This document shows, one piece after another, positions 36,194 through 48,496 of a stretch of DNA of 64,000 bases. The DNA lies in assembly GCA_029953675.1 (NCBI GenBank), contig JAMWBK010000002.1, positions 1,178,001 through 1,242,000 on the forward strand, read 5' to 3'. A program made the translations under genes and the position numbers. Source of the stretch: Rhodosorus marinus CCMP1338 (lineage: Eukaryota > Plantae > Rhodophyta). The stretch's first letter is position 1. Each line of letters begins with the position of its first letter. The notes below the pieces were generated by a model. The model made no database searches, was not told the origin of the DNA, and was given only the letters and a program-made list of their open reading frames with translations.

Positions 36194-38326
36194 ATGGATT
36201 GGAAATTTAGTCCAATCATCAAATATACGATCACCGTGGTGGTGTTCGGACTGATCATGATTCCCTCGGCATTGTTTTTTCGGATGAATCCCAGCAAGCT
36301 GACAAACTTGATGGAAAGGCGAGCTCCGATATATCCCGTTGAAGAAGGCCAGTGCAGAGTGCAGAAGGAGGTTAGCGAACCATATGCGATCAAGTCCCGA
36401 AGAGTAGTAACGCCAGCTGGTCTCCGGCACGCGCTGATCGTTATTGAGAACGGAAAGATCGGCGATATTCTGAGGGCGGATACCGAAACTCAGCTCCCTG
36501 TTCAAGATGTGAGCTGTACATTGTGCCAGTTAAACTTTGATTCCATTGACTGTAGATCTGAAAAGACGCATAAGAACTTCTCCAGGTAGGTAATCTGGTC
36601 GTCATGGCTGGACTCATCGATCCGCACGTGCATGTGAACGAGCCTGGGAGAACAGAATGGGAAGGATTCGAGTCTGCTACCGCAGCTGCTGCCGCTGGTA
36701 ATATTAGTGCCACAACCCCGATCCGTTCTATTTGTTCTCTCATGAGTGCTTGGGCTGTGTCTTCAGGTGGAACGACAACATTGCTGGACATGCCTCTAAA
36801 CTGCGTCCCGTCAACGGTTTCTCTTTCTGCAATGGAGCAAAAGATTTCCGCTATAAAAGACGCCAAGCTAAGCTGCGATGTTGGATTGATCGGTGGGGCC
36901 GTTCCCGGCTTCCTCGATGAGATTGGGCCCCTGGCAAAGGCCGGAGTGTAAGTCAGAGAAGTTGACAGTAGCCGAAGAGGAATGATGACGGTACAACTCC
37001 CTCTGATGCCCTGCTTTTGGTGCCCTCGCGTGCTTCCAGATTCGCTTTCAAAAGCTTCATGATCGATTCGCAGAGCGCGGACTTCCCGCACGTGAACAGC
37101 GCGGATCTTGTGGAAGCAATGAGTCTCATATCAAAGCTCGAAGGAGCTCCGTATGTTTATATTCTTCATGCGGAAAAGGACTCGGAGGAAGACGAGACTC
37201 TTTCAGAAGCAAGCGGGCATTCAAATCAGGATCATGCCAAGCACTTGCAGTCGCGACCGGAAGTATGGGAGACCCGTGCTATCGACGAGGCGATAAGAGC
37301 AGCCGATCAAACCGGATGCCATATTCATATTGCGCATGTCGGATCATCGAACGCAGCTGAGATCATCCACAACGCCAAGATTGACGGAGCTTACGTAACA
37401 GCGGAAGTATGTACACATTATCTGCTGTTTCAAAGCGAGAAGATCCCGCGAGGAAATACACTGTTCAAATGCGCTCCACCGATCCGATCTGAGGACAACC
37501 GCCTCGGCCTGTGGAAGGCGCTACTCAAGGGTAAGCAAAACAAGCCCAAGAAAGAAGGAACAGAAGATGAAGGGGGACAAGCAAAGTTGCCGCTGCTTAA
37601 CTACCTTTTTCGTGCCTGAGTCAGATGGATCCTTGGATATCATATCAAGCGATCATTCACCAAGCCCTCCCGAGCTAAAGCACATGAAGGAAGGTGATTT
37701 TACAAAAGCCTGGGGTGGCATCGCAGGCCTGCAGGTGAGCAACATTTTGCTTTTCAAGAACTGTTTGTGTGGAAAAGGGATCCTCCATGCTTAAGGAAAT
37801 ATCCCGTCCTTGCTGCCCTGAACACACGGCAACAGTATCGTCTGCAAGGAACTTGGACTGCAAGTCAACCATTTGAGGTGGATTTCATGAGACTCAGCGA
37901 ACTAGTTAGTGGAAAAGTAGCCGATATCTTCGGGCTAAGTGCGTCAAAAGGTCGAATCGTCAAGGGGCTAGATGCTGACCTGGTCATTTGGGATCCCGAG
38001 GAAGAACAAGTCATACAAGAGAGCGAGTGTCTCCATCGACACAAAGCCAGCGCGTATACCGGGCAGAAGCTGATGGGAAGGGTTCGTTGGCTTTTATCCG
38101 TTTTGGGAAGGTCAAAAAGGTCGCATTTTGAGCTCAATTTTTTTTTGTTCTGCTTTCCTTTTGTTTGCTGAATGTTAAGGTGAAGAAAACGATCGTTCAC
38201 GGGGAGGTGGTGTATGAAGACGGTGGAGGTATCGTTGGTGCATCTCCGGGTAAGCTGCTTTTGAGGTCCGCTGCGACGCGAGATGGGCTTTCTCGAGAGG
38301 TAGTCAGAGATCAGGTCTGTACATAA
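36194..38326 (+). CDS. ALN: Allantoinase (amidohydrolase superfamily) with an N-terminal hydrophobic anchor
   Basis: GLIDPHVHVNEPGRTEWEGFESATAAAAAG; GGTTTLLDMPLNCVP; FKSFM; HAE; HIHIAHV; TAEVCTHYL; KCAPPIR; SSDHSP; AWGGI; KGRIVKGLDADLVIWDP. TAA at 38324-38326. The exact start codon is uncertain. Confidence 0.93.
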
Positions 38327-39093
38327 GGCCGCTCAGACCAGCTGCTCCGAAAACAGTGGAGCGACAGAATTCCCGTTTTCATCAACTCAGATGTAGAATG
38401 TGTATTAACGTATTGAAGTATCCAAATCTGCCAGTCAACTGTACGCATTTGCCCTAGATTCACTGTACTGTATCGGTCCTGGGTATAACCACCAAGTTGG
38501 AAAAGGACTGAGACTATTCTGTTGCTCAGCGAAGACCTTCGCCCGTACTTTCAAAACTGGAGAGTTTCAATTGCTTTCGAGAGTGTCTGACAACTGATTT
38601 CGCCTCGCACAAAATTCTCCTTGGATTCTTGTTCTAGTCGGCGACGTCAACTAGTGAGGCAGATGGTCTGAAAACGTAGTTGAGAAACATGCCCGAAACG
38701 CATTGGATAGCCTGCGCGCTTGAATCCATCAGCAGCAACGCTGGCGTAAATCGAGCATTGTTGAAGACTTTCTGAGTCCATGCAGTTCCTTAGCATGCCG
38801 CGGAGAAGACTCTAACACCACTTTCATCCTCAAGGCCCTGACACCCTCTTGAGGCATCAACCGGATCCTAAACCCTCCAGCACGCTGGCATAGGGATGCA
38901 GCACATCGCGAGCGAGAAAAGACACAGAAGACATTTGTCTGAGATGTTTCTCGCCGGACCGTGCATGGTTGAACTTCGCAGTAGGCATTGAAGAACATGC
39001 GTCTCTCTGCGCTTTGGTTGCTTCGGCTGGGGCGCCGTCAGATCCTCGGTTGTCTTTTGGTTTCCGTGGCAATTTAGTTTTTATTACGCAGAT

Positions 39094-40288
39094 CTAAGAC
39101 TTCCCAAAGAGCTGTTCGAGCTTCTCTCTTGCTTCGTCGTCACCAGGAGCAGGACCACCATCGTCCGTCGGAGATGGTCCCTCCGAACCTTCATCCTTAT
39201 CGTCAGGACTTGACTCGTCATCTTCTTTCTTGTCCTCATCCACATTTTCTTTCCTGACCGTGGCGGGACTGCTATATGTTCCCGTCAGCTTAATCTCCTC
39301 CTCACGCTCTGCTGCCTCCTGAGCTTTCGTCCACGCCTCGAAGAGCTTGCCAAGGCCGGCAGCTGAGAGTCCTACTGCAGGTACGACACATATTACTATG
39401 GCGTACTGCAATCATTCACAACAAAATGCAAGCAATGACACGGTTAGCAATAACCGAAAACGGCTGTTGAACAGATGGTAATCTATCTTCGAAGAGACTA
39501 AGAGATACGTTGCTACAAGAAGGAGAAAGACGAAGCCGAGATGCAACCACGCAGCGAACCCGTTGCAATCATTAAATGAAGCTTCGAATGCGAAATGCTG
39601 GATTTGGGGTTCTTCTAGACCAATACCAAGAGAATAAATTCAAACAGCGATCGATACGGGAAGAGTAAACCTTGGTTTGTCGGTCGAGTCCTTCTACACT
39701 AAAATAGTTGCCACGACCGTTCAAAGTGTTGATGCAAGGTGCTGCAGAGATCAGTCGCTGGAGTCTATTGAAGGCGCGTTTGATACCTGGAGAAATCTAA
39801 TATACCAAAGCTGCTCCCATTCCGTGTCGAGTTCTATGAGCTCCTGCTGAGCCCCTGAGTACTCCGTCATCTTCCTGTTGCTCAGCTGTCTCTTGTTTTC
39901 ATAGATGCGCATGTCTTTTTCTGATGGAGAAAACGGATCAAAGGAAAAGCGAAATTTTGAAAAGCGAAAAAGATGATCAGACACAAAGGCTCCAAATTCG
40001 GGCTACGGTGAATCGATTTCTGCCTCAATTGCAACCTGTCCTACCATCGAGAATCTCCGCTGGGGCCACAGATGCGACGAGTTCGGTTCCAGCTGTTCGA
40101 TCCCTGAGCAGCCCCTCACCAGCGTTACTTGCCACGGCTCCTTTGGGAACAAACAACATCGCTCCTGCCGCCAACGTCAAAGCTCCAACCCTCCGCAGCT
40201 CATCTCTTAGCCCCGCCTTAACCACGCACACACGTTTCCCCGTTCTTCTCCTCTCCAACCCGCCAAACCCTCCCACAAAACACTCCAT
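39094..40288 (-). CDS. Uncharacterised plastid (probably thylakoid) membrane protein, 229 aa
   Basis: Exons 40288-40045, 39920-39787 and 39405-39094 join in frame. MECFVGGFGG... transit peptide; RR + hydrophobic + AVA lumen-type signal; one TM (WYIRFLQYAIVICVVPAVGLSAAGLG); acidic tail. Confidence 0.75.
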
Positions 40289-41689
40289 CTTTACCTCTTT
40301 CTTTCTCTCAAAACCTTCCCCCATCCAACCCCCTCCTCTCCCTTCGAGAGGCCCTCCCACCCCCTCCAAAAATAAAATTGCGCACAACACTCAAACAAAT
40401 CCCCAAAACCCCACTCACACCGCTCCCGCTCCCTCTTCCTCCTCTCCAGATCTGATTCCTCACAGAACCTCTGACTCACTCACTGTTCACTTCCAACCCC
40501 CAACCCCCAAAAAAGTCACTAACTCCAATCGTCAACCTCACCAACCCAAATCTATCAGATCATCATCTTCTTCTTTTTCCAAAATCCAAAAACATGCAAA
40601 ATCCATCCGTCTTTTTCATCCCCCAGCACCAAACCTGGAAAATTCTGGTTTTCCTTTCACCACCTCCCTCGTCAGAGATTTTTCCATTAAAAAACGATTT
40701 TTATCGACTAAAACACGGCCGTCGGCATTGTCCTTTGAGAGGAGAAGAGCGGGTGAACGAAAGATACTGGGTGAGCGCTCGTCCAACAATAAAAAAGACG
40801 CGGTCGTGGTTTTGACACGCCGGACAGTTCTAAGTACAGACTCCGTGAGCAGCATCTATCCAGACGAGCTGTGCCGCTACGCTCAAGAGGCCTGTGAGAA
40901 AAGCAAACGACGCCATCGACCCCTACCACACGTTTCTTTTGTACATTTAGTGGAATTTACTATGTATGTACGAAATTTGTTGAGGTGGAGGGTTGTACTA
41001 TAGAGGTTTCGAGGATATCATTTGTATGTTTTTATTTACTTTTGTAGGTGTTTTGGGTGATTGTAATGTTTACTATTTTACTAGGGTTGATACGGTTGTA
41101 CTGATAACCGGTTGAGACGTCTTGGGGAAGGTTTTGGTTGGGGGAAGAGAAAGGTAGCAAGGGTGTTGGTTTGATCAGGTTTATTGACGTACATCTATCT
41201 GTGCGGAAAAAGTAGATTTTAGCATCAATCTGGACTCCCCCGCAACCCAGCTGCTACCTCGTGGGCGAACTCAAACGAGCTATCTCAACACCTTACCAGA
41301 GCATACTACTCGCAAGAAAGTGAAACCAGCTATCTCAATGGAGTACGCAGCTCCGGCCAGCTCGCGATTTTTCGAATGGCAGTGAGCCGGAGTGATGCTG
41401 AACAGGCAGTTCTCCACAAACGGTGGTGGGGTCCTGCGTTCCTGGTTGCTTACTGCGTAAAAAACTCAGTCCGGAGATTCCCCTTTCCTCTGTCCCCGGG
41501 GTGTAGTAAAAGTCCCTGAGTATTCGTGCTCGCGGTTTGTTCTTCTTAAGGCCCTCGCATGTCACGGATGGCCTTCTGGCTGTTGCTTTTGAAAGGCGCC
41601 GGCCTCGCAATGAAGCTGTAAAGGCATGGACTGGACGTGCGCGCAGATAGGTATCTGTTATTCTGTTAACAAAACGCTCCTGAAGGCTT

Positions 41690-42260
41690 CCCAAGCCCAT
41701 GCTTTTCTCTGCACCGTCCCTGGTACCCAGTACGATTCGCTCAAACACTGACGGTTGTTGATAAAACAGTGAGCTTGGGGCAGGTAGCACGTGTACGACA
41801 CTTAGGGACATCCAGTAGCCTCTACGGAGACCTCGTATCGCTCACTTTGTTGAAAGAAATCGCGTCCTTCGTCCGCGATCCCACGGCCACGTATCCCTCC
41901 CTGTGCTTGCGTAAGGGCCCTGCTAGTGGCCATCGCGCCATCACACTACCGAGGGTCGTTGCTGATGCACGGGACCTCAAGGAGGCAAAGACGCAAGCAA
42001 CTCCAGGATTGTACTTGCATGTAGAGGATAGGCTCTACTACTTCACAAATGAGGACATGTTGCTACTGGTTACATAAACCAACTTCTGCAATCCAACCGT
42101 CGGCGGTTATCAGCTTCCAACTCAGCGCGGACATCTCCTTCTGGGTCCTCAAATATAAAGCATTGGCATGGAGTTCTACAGACGAGCAAAGGTCGCTCCT
42201 CCCGGAGTACAACATCCTTAAAAACCCTCCCCAACCTAACCGCAGAAGCAGAAATGCCGC
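41690..42260 (+). mobile_element. Highly degenerate Ty3/Gypsy pol relic (RNase H end to integrase zinc-binding region)
   Basis: Ordered motif ghosts: TQYDSLKH (cf. TDHxSLKHL), VRHLGTS (cf. IxHRPG), LLKEIASFVRDP, GLYLHVEDRLYY, NPTVGGY (cf. HDSPVGGH), SFW (cf. YFWP), RRAKVAPPGVQHP (cf. QRAK..G.LQP). Multiple stops and frameshifts. Confidence 0.4.
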
Positions 42261-42705
42261 GTCACACGCCGAAGATTTTTTTGTCGCCAGAGGAACTTTA
42301 GTCCTTAAGACACCCTGGCGGGACACCGTCGTAGCCTTTTAACTCTCAACGATCAAGGAAGTACTTTCGGGACAAGGAAATCTAGGCCCTCTCCAGTCCC
42401 AGCACAGCTTTCAAAGGAGGTGCTTGACGTTGTCGTTCGGTTTTGCCCTTAATAAACGTGGAAGCGATGGGGCTGGTGGGACAGTTTGCAAAAAGTACTA
42501 TGGAAGGATACTGCGGGGGGGACAGTCGAAGGCAAAAAATCCATCTAGATCACTTGCAGGTTTTAAAACGCTGTTCCTTGAGATCCCAAGGAAGATGAAC
42601 AGGTAGCCTGCTTGATTGTATCCGGAGTGGTTAGGTTCTGAAGGGCTTTGGCACGCGTAGAATCGGAATACTATTGGCGGTTTTGAGGGGTAGAGCTTTC
42701 GTATC

Positions 42706-44353
42706 ATGTCTCAACGGCGTAGCCATGTGAATGGTTTAGGAGACGAGCGTTTTGTAGATAGAAGATTGGCTCGTGGCGGTTTGAGTGTTGGAGGACGGCG
42801 AGAGAAAGGGTGGCAGGTTAGGTTGGAGGTGGAAAAGGTCGTCGAACGAGCGAAGCGGGTTGCGTTCAGCATGTCGGTGCTGATATGGGTTATCCTCGGA
42901 TTTATAGCCGTGAGAGGGAAGGCTTGGGTGTTTGTTGGAACTCTTGCGGCTGGGAGCGCCATCGCTGAGGCTGGGCTTGTGTCCGGAATGGCGTTCTCCC
43001 CGGAAGTGCATACACGCTGGGTGCGAACGGTCCGACAGATTCTCAGACCACAGCATGTGCTTCAAACGGCTTTGTTCTCTCTGGCAGGTTGCATGCAGAG
43101 CTTCTCGTTGGCAGTAGTATTCAAGAGACAATCGATCCAGAAGCTTGACATCGGTTCCCTTCAACATCACCTCGTCTTCGGCGCCGTCCTAGGGGCGCTA
43201 TACAGCTTGGATGATCTTTTAAACGATAAGAATGTTGTTAAGTGAGTATTTAGAAAATTTTTAACCTTCAAAAATCAGCGGTATCCGGTGCTCTGCTGAA
43301 ACAATTGTCCTTCCCATTGTTCAGATTTTACAGGGTTATCTTGCCACACCGGTTCAGGATTTACGACGTCGTGATGTCCTCTTTGCAGGAAGCTCGCAGA
43401 GCGATCGGCATGTTTGCGACTCCGTGTTCTGTCATTGTACTGCTACTGTCCTCTTCAAGCAGCGCAAGTTTGAGAGACTTTCCACTGCTTATAACCACGG
43501 GGGGGTTAATGTCGGTTTCCTGGTCACTTTGTAGGGACTTAATGTTTCTTCTCTTGACTGCGCACGACACTGACTTTGAGCTCGAGGATACTTTAAGCGC
43601 TGCTGAGCGAGCTAGCGCGGACCTTCTAGTGCAGACGGTTTGTCTTCTCTCTCTTCGGAGTAGAGCATGCGAGTCGGCTGCATCACGAGAGGCGTTCTTT
43701 GAGGATCCAACTGGAAGAGTGTTGGATCGGGCAATTCGACTCGCAATTGCTCCTGTCAAACACCTGAACGAGTCTGTATTGGCATCTACTCAACGGCAGG
43801 TGCGTGAATATACGAATGTCACCTCCTCCAGATGGTCCGTGGCTCAAGCTGACTGTTTGCTCATCTTTCAATTCTTAGGGTTTATCGAAACGCCGTCATA
43901 TCCGACCGATCTTCTGGGATTCTACTCGGGTTCAGCATGGCATTGAAACCCTGGCCGAGCTCCTCGTAAGTTCTCGAGCTGAAGATCGGTATGGACTTGC
44001 CCTGGCATACATTCCGGTCATCCTAGATGACTTTCTGAGACTCTACGAGGTGTTGCTTCTGTATTCTCGAAACGCGAAAAGCTTCGAGGTGAGCTTGCAT
44101 TCAGAATGGTGGATCGAATCCGTTCCATTTTGGATGCCTTAGCTAATGTACGTTGTACCATGGCCTTTGCCAGGAGGACGCGGAAGAGAAGGCCCAGGAG
44201 ACATCCGTGCTTGATACACTAGTTTGTGGTACCCACAGACTCGTCCACGAGTTCAGACCCTCTTTCACAGGCTATGTACAAGGAAAGGAGCCGAGATGGA
44301 ACTCGGAGTTGTCCCAGTCGTTGGAGAAGTTCTTGAGATATCAGGAGCTGTAG
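42706..44353 (+). CDS. NDC1: Nucleoporin NDC1 (transmembrane nuclear pore protein)
   Basis: Multi-TM N-terminal half; spliced C-terminal exon GIETLAELLVSSRAEDRYGLALAYIPVILDDFLRLYE matches the NDC1 LvxaSlxEDxyG motif; four exons, TAG ending at 44353. Confidence 0.78.
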
Positions 44354-45330
44354 TTCTGCGGATGCACGGACCTACGTGGTTGTTGGACGCGTTATTTGGC
44401 TCCCATAGAAGTACTTTCCAAACTCAAACCTTTCATACCTTTGCCCAGCTCGGCATCGGAGCTGAGCCTGATCCAAACGAGGGGATGGGATGAATGCTCA
44501 GTTCCCCGGCACTCACATGACTTCTGCATGCCCTTGGAGATGAAAATTAACATACACATACTGTATATATGCTTAAAACATCGAATAAAACGAAATGCTG
44601 TCCCGTAATTTGCTTCTCGCCAGATGTAAGAATTTTTTTTGTTTCTGTGAAATTGTAAGGGGGTAGAGTGATTTCCTGGGATAGGAAAACTTATTTTCTT
44701 AAATATTAAAATATACAAAGGTATTTTGCCCCTCTACGTCTTCCGCTTCTTTGCAAAGACATAGTAGGGGGGGGAGGGTAACAATTCACACTGAAAAGTG
44801 AGCGATGACGATGAAAAATGAGAACAAGCTCTTTTTTATTTCAATTTAGAGGTTAAGAATGAGAGATTCCAGTTCCGCTTGGGACGTCTCCAGGCGTGCG
44901 CTTGCGAGTTTTCCTAGCCATCATGTGAGAGCAGCTATCCCTATTCATGGAAATAATCTAGATTTTGAAGAGATACATTCTTAAATAAGAAAACTAATTA
45001 CTCAAATTTTAGCCATACACTAATACATAAAATATACTAAAGTTAAATATTTGTCCCAAAACTGCATCAAAAAAATATCTAGTTGATCCATTTATCCTCA
45101 ATAAACGCACTTAATTCCCTAACAAAGCAAACTGCTTTTAGCATTGTAACTATCTTTATCCAAAATAGTGTTGATCAAGTTTTCAACCTAGACATACCCA
45201 ATTTCATAATTTAGAAATATAACACCTTTCCTTTGCAGCTTCGCATTTCAACCACTTCAGGCAAATAGCTTCCTGCTGTATTTGTACTAAAAGTTTTGGT
45301 TTTTTAATGGGGAAGTGAACACTCGCTCCA

Positions 45331-45357
45331 GGGGGGCAGGGGGGTGGGGAATTGGGG
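45331..45357 (+). promoter_or_regulatory. Canonical G-quadruplex motif upstream of Rheb
   Basis: gggggg ca gggggg t gggg aatt gggg, about 550 bp before the ATG, on the sense strand. Confidence 0.6.
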
Positions 45358-45906
45358 AGTCTTGGGATACTGAAATGAGCTGGAATCAAACAAATCATAC
45401 AAAAAAATTGGCAGCAGAAGGGGGGTGAGGAGGAGGGTAAGAGAGTTCTGATAGTGGTTGATGGATGGAGGAGGAGTGCGTGCGTGAAGAGTTTTAATAG
45501 GCCACGAGATCATGCATGGCCGAGAAGAAGATAAGCGATCGTGCTATTGTATGAGGCTGTGATTGAGGATTTTTTTGCCTGGTATTGTGTTTTGAGAGGG
45601 GAAAAGAACAGGCTGGTGGGTTTTTATTTTTGGTTTCTGGCTGACCGCTGTGGGTCTGACCAACAGCTTGGTAATATTCTACTGTGTTCATATATCTGAA
45701 TTCGTGTGGGTGGATGGTGGTTTGTTAGTGACCTGCGCCTCCGCACGTGCAATCTCGAGAGATACCTCGAGGCTCTGTGCTCCGAATACTCAGCCGATCT
45801 GGGGTGGATGTGAGGAAGATTTTCGAGACGGCGTGATTAGGGCAGGTCTTCCGCTATGGCTTATCCCGTCGCTAGAGGGGTCCATCCGACTACTGGATCG
45901 TTCCTG

Positions 45907-46772
45907 ATGGAGGGAAAGCTGCGCAGATTAGCCGTGATCGGGCCGAAGTGCGTGGGTGAGTAATTTTTTTCTTCTCCGAGACTGTTTTTGTGCAAGCGAG
46001 CAGATTTCCTGCCCTGTTTCGACACGATCAACGGCTATTCTGACTTTGCCGCGTATCACTGTGCATCATGGGCAGGAAAGTCATCCATCATTTTGAGATT
46101 TATCGAAAACACATTTGAGGACGGTTACACTCCGACAATCGAGGTGCGGCATTGCTTGCACAACTTGACTATTGATACAGAGGATGCCACTGAACCTGTC
46201 CATATCCTGTGGTTGTTTTCAGGATCTTTTCCTCGTATCGACAAATGTAGACGGAACAGCGTTTAATTGTGAGCTTTTGGACTCGGTACGTATCTGAACT
46301 TTTCGGCAGATGTGGGTGCGGGGATTGCGTCCGCGAACAGATTGCCAATTTACCCCGACGTAGTTCTCAAGTTTTGTATGCGATTTTGCAGGCAGGGCAG
46401 GACGATGTCTCTACGTACGGTGGGCAGTTAACGATTGGCATCCGCGGATATTTAATAGTCTTTTCAGTGAGGGACAGAGAAACATTTGACCTTATAAAAC
46501 CCGTAAACCAGAACCTGCTTGTCAGCCTTGGAGGGCCTCCAACCCACGAGGTACCCCGAGTTCTCGTTGGCAACCAGATCGACGCTGCGGGCGAGCGGAA
46601 AGTGAGCAAAGCGGAAGCACAAGCACTGGCGAAGGAATTGAGAATTCCGTACATGGAATGCTCCGCTTTATCTGGGGAAGGAATTCAGGATGTCTTTCAT
46701 TCTTTGCTGAGGGAGGTTGAGGGGATGGCTAAGGTGCCGAAGAAAGAAAAGAAGAAGTGCGTCATAAGTTAG
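45907..46772 (+). CDS. RHEB: Rheb-like small GTPase with CAAX box
   Basis: Spliced: MEGKLRRLAVIGPKCV | GKSSIILRFIENTFEDGYTPTIE | DLF...CELLDS | AGQDDVS...IGIRGYLIVFSV...VLVGNQID...YMECSA...KKEKKKCVIS*. Confidence 0.85.
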
Positions 46773-47495
46773 TACAAGCAGGGAGACAATCTCTTGGTCC
46801 AAAGCGGTTATGGGTTCTTCTGGTTCTCGGGTTGTTGCCGGCATGTACACAGCGAGAAGCGTACTGTGGATTCCAGATCAACTGACGAGTGAAAAGCGCT
46901 ACGACTATGCGGCTTGCACTTCCTACGAAGCGGGGTTTGGCTGGAGAAAAAGAGAAGTTCTGGAAGCGCTCGAGCGTCCGAGATGCTGAAACAAGAGTCT
47001 CCGGGGCGTGCCCTACTTACAATCAGAGCAACCCTTGCTGTGCTTTTATACCGGTACTATCAGCCAAGTATTGCAAATAAGTATTTGGAAAGTTGATTTT
47101 GCAAATCAGGTCCTGAATCACCTCTCGTAGATGAGGCCGGCACAGGCTGTTCTTCCTGCCGGGAACCCAAGATCTAGTGTCTCAGACAACGCCTCCCACA
47201 TCCTGATTCCACATGACGTTTGGTGATTCCAGAGTGAATCCGATTGGATGATATTCCCCAGCGGCTTGATTCCGTAACCTTCGTTTTACTCGCATTACTG
47301 GACATCGACCATGATTCAATCAACAGGGACTTTGTGGATTTGTCCCAGTGGTGCTGCTAACAAGCTCTACAAGTCATCATGAAGTGCAAGCCTTACATTA
47401 ATAGTTGTGAGCTACTGTGGCAAAAGCTGTATACTGGATGCCTCTGTTCGGGGAAACAAAACGCAAAAAAGATATGTTTGGACAGTCTTCTGTTT

Positions 47496-48289
47496 CTACG
47501 CAAGTGTACATTTGCCGGCCATAATTATTCCGATAATCACTCCGAAAAGACCAAGCGCACTTCCGAAAATTTCAACGATCAAGATTTTCACGAAGAGTGC
47601 TGGATTCTGAGCATCGGCGAGGGCGCACGATGATCCCGTCACACCCACGCAGAGTCTTACATACGGAAAAGAAACAGGCTGGAGTGAGCATAATCCTGGA
47701 ATACAAATCGTTCATTGCCGAATGAGCTCGTGATTCTTTTGTCTCGTATAGCTCACCCGCAAAACAAATTTGCAAATCCAACCGTCAGTCCAGTCGCGAA
47801 GAGTCCATATCCAGCGAAGAAGCTTGGCTCAGCGCCTTCAGTAGCGTCAACAATCTTGGTTTGCATGATGATTGCCATGATGACACCGTAAATTGCGACC
47901 GCTTCACAGAAAATGACACTGATCAAGTTTTTAGATTGAATTCTCGGCGCTCGGATAGCTGCGCCAACAAGACTACTTCCAGTGATGAATATTCCCCTGG
48001 AAAAAAACAGATATCATAACTCGATCAGCATATTAGAAAGTCGTAGCAACAATGGAAGATCGCAAGCAAACAAGGCCCACCATGCAGCCCCAAGCACTGA
48101 GATACCAATCGTCACCGCAGTTCCAACCCCCGCCCACATATACGGATCGATCTGCACAAACAGATCCCACCAGTACTGATAGCAAGCCGGCAGGAACCAA
48201 AAAAACCAACAAGACGTAAAGAAAGCAGCTGGCACCTCTGTTGTTCCTTCCATTGTCGCATTCACTGCGTTCTCCGTCAAAACGTCCAT
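47496..48289 (-). CDS. VMA16: V-type H+-ATPase proteolipid subunit c''
   Basis: [24 protein letters not shown] | [37 protein letters not shown]...[12 protein letters not shown] | [38 protein letters not shown]; TAG at 47496-47498. Confidence 0.96.
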
Positions 48290-48455
48290 CTCAAAAAAAG
48301 GCCAAAAACAAAAACCCCTAAAACGATCACCGCGACAAAAAAGCTACACAATCACACCCTCCCACGTCCCAAAAAATTATTACAACCCTCCTCAATTAAA
48401 AAAATAACCATTCAAACGTTTCTTTTTATCTGCCTTTGTGTTTTTCCTCCGAGCA

Positions 48456-48496
48456 TCTCTCTATCCCTCCCTCTCTCTCTCTCTCCTCTCTCTCTC
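48456..48496. repeat. (CT)n/(GA)n microsatellite upstream of VMA16
   Basis: ctctctctct run; reads GA-rich on the gene's sense strand, about 170-210 bp before the ATG. Confidence 0.9.
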
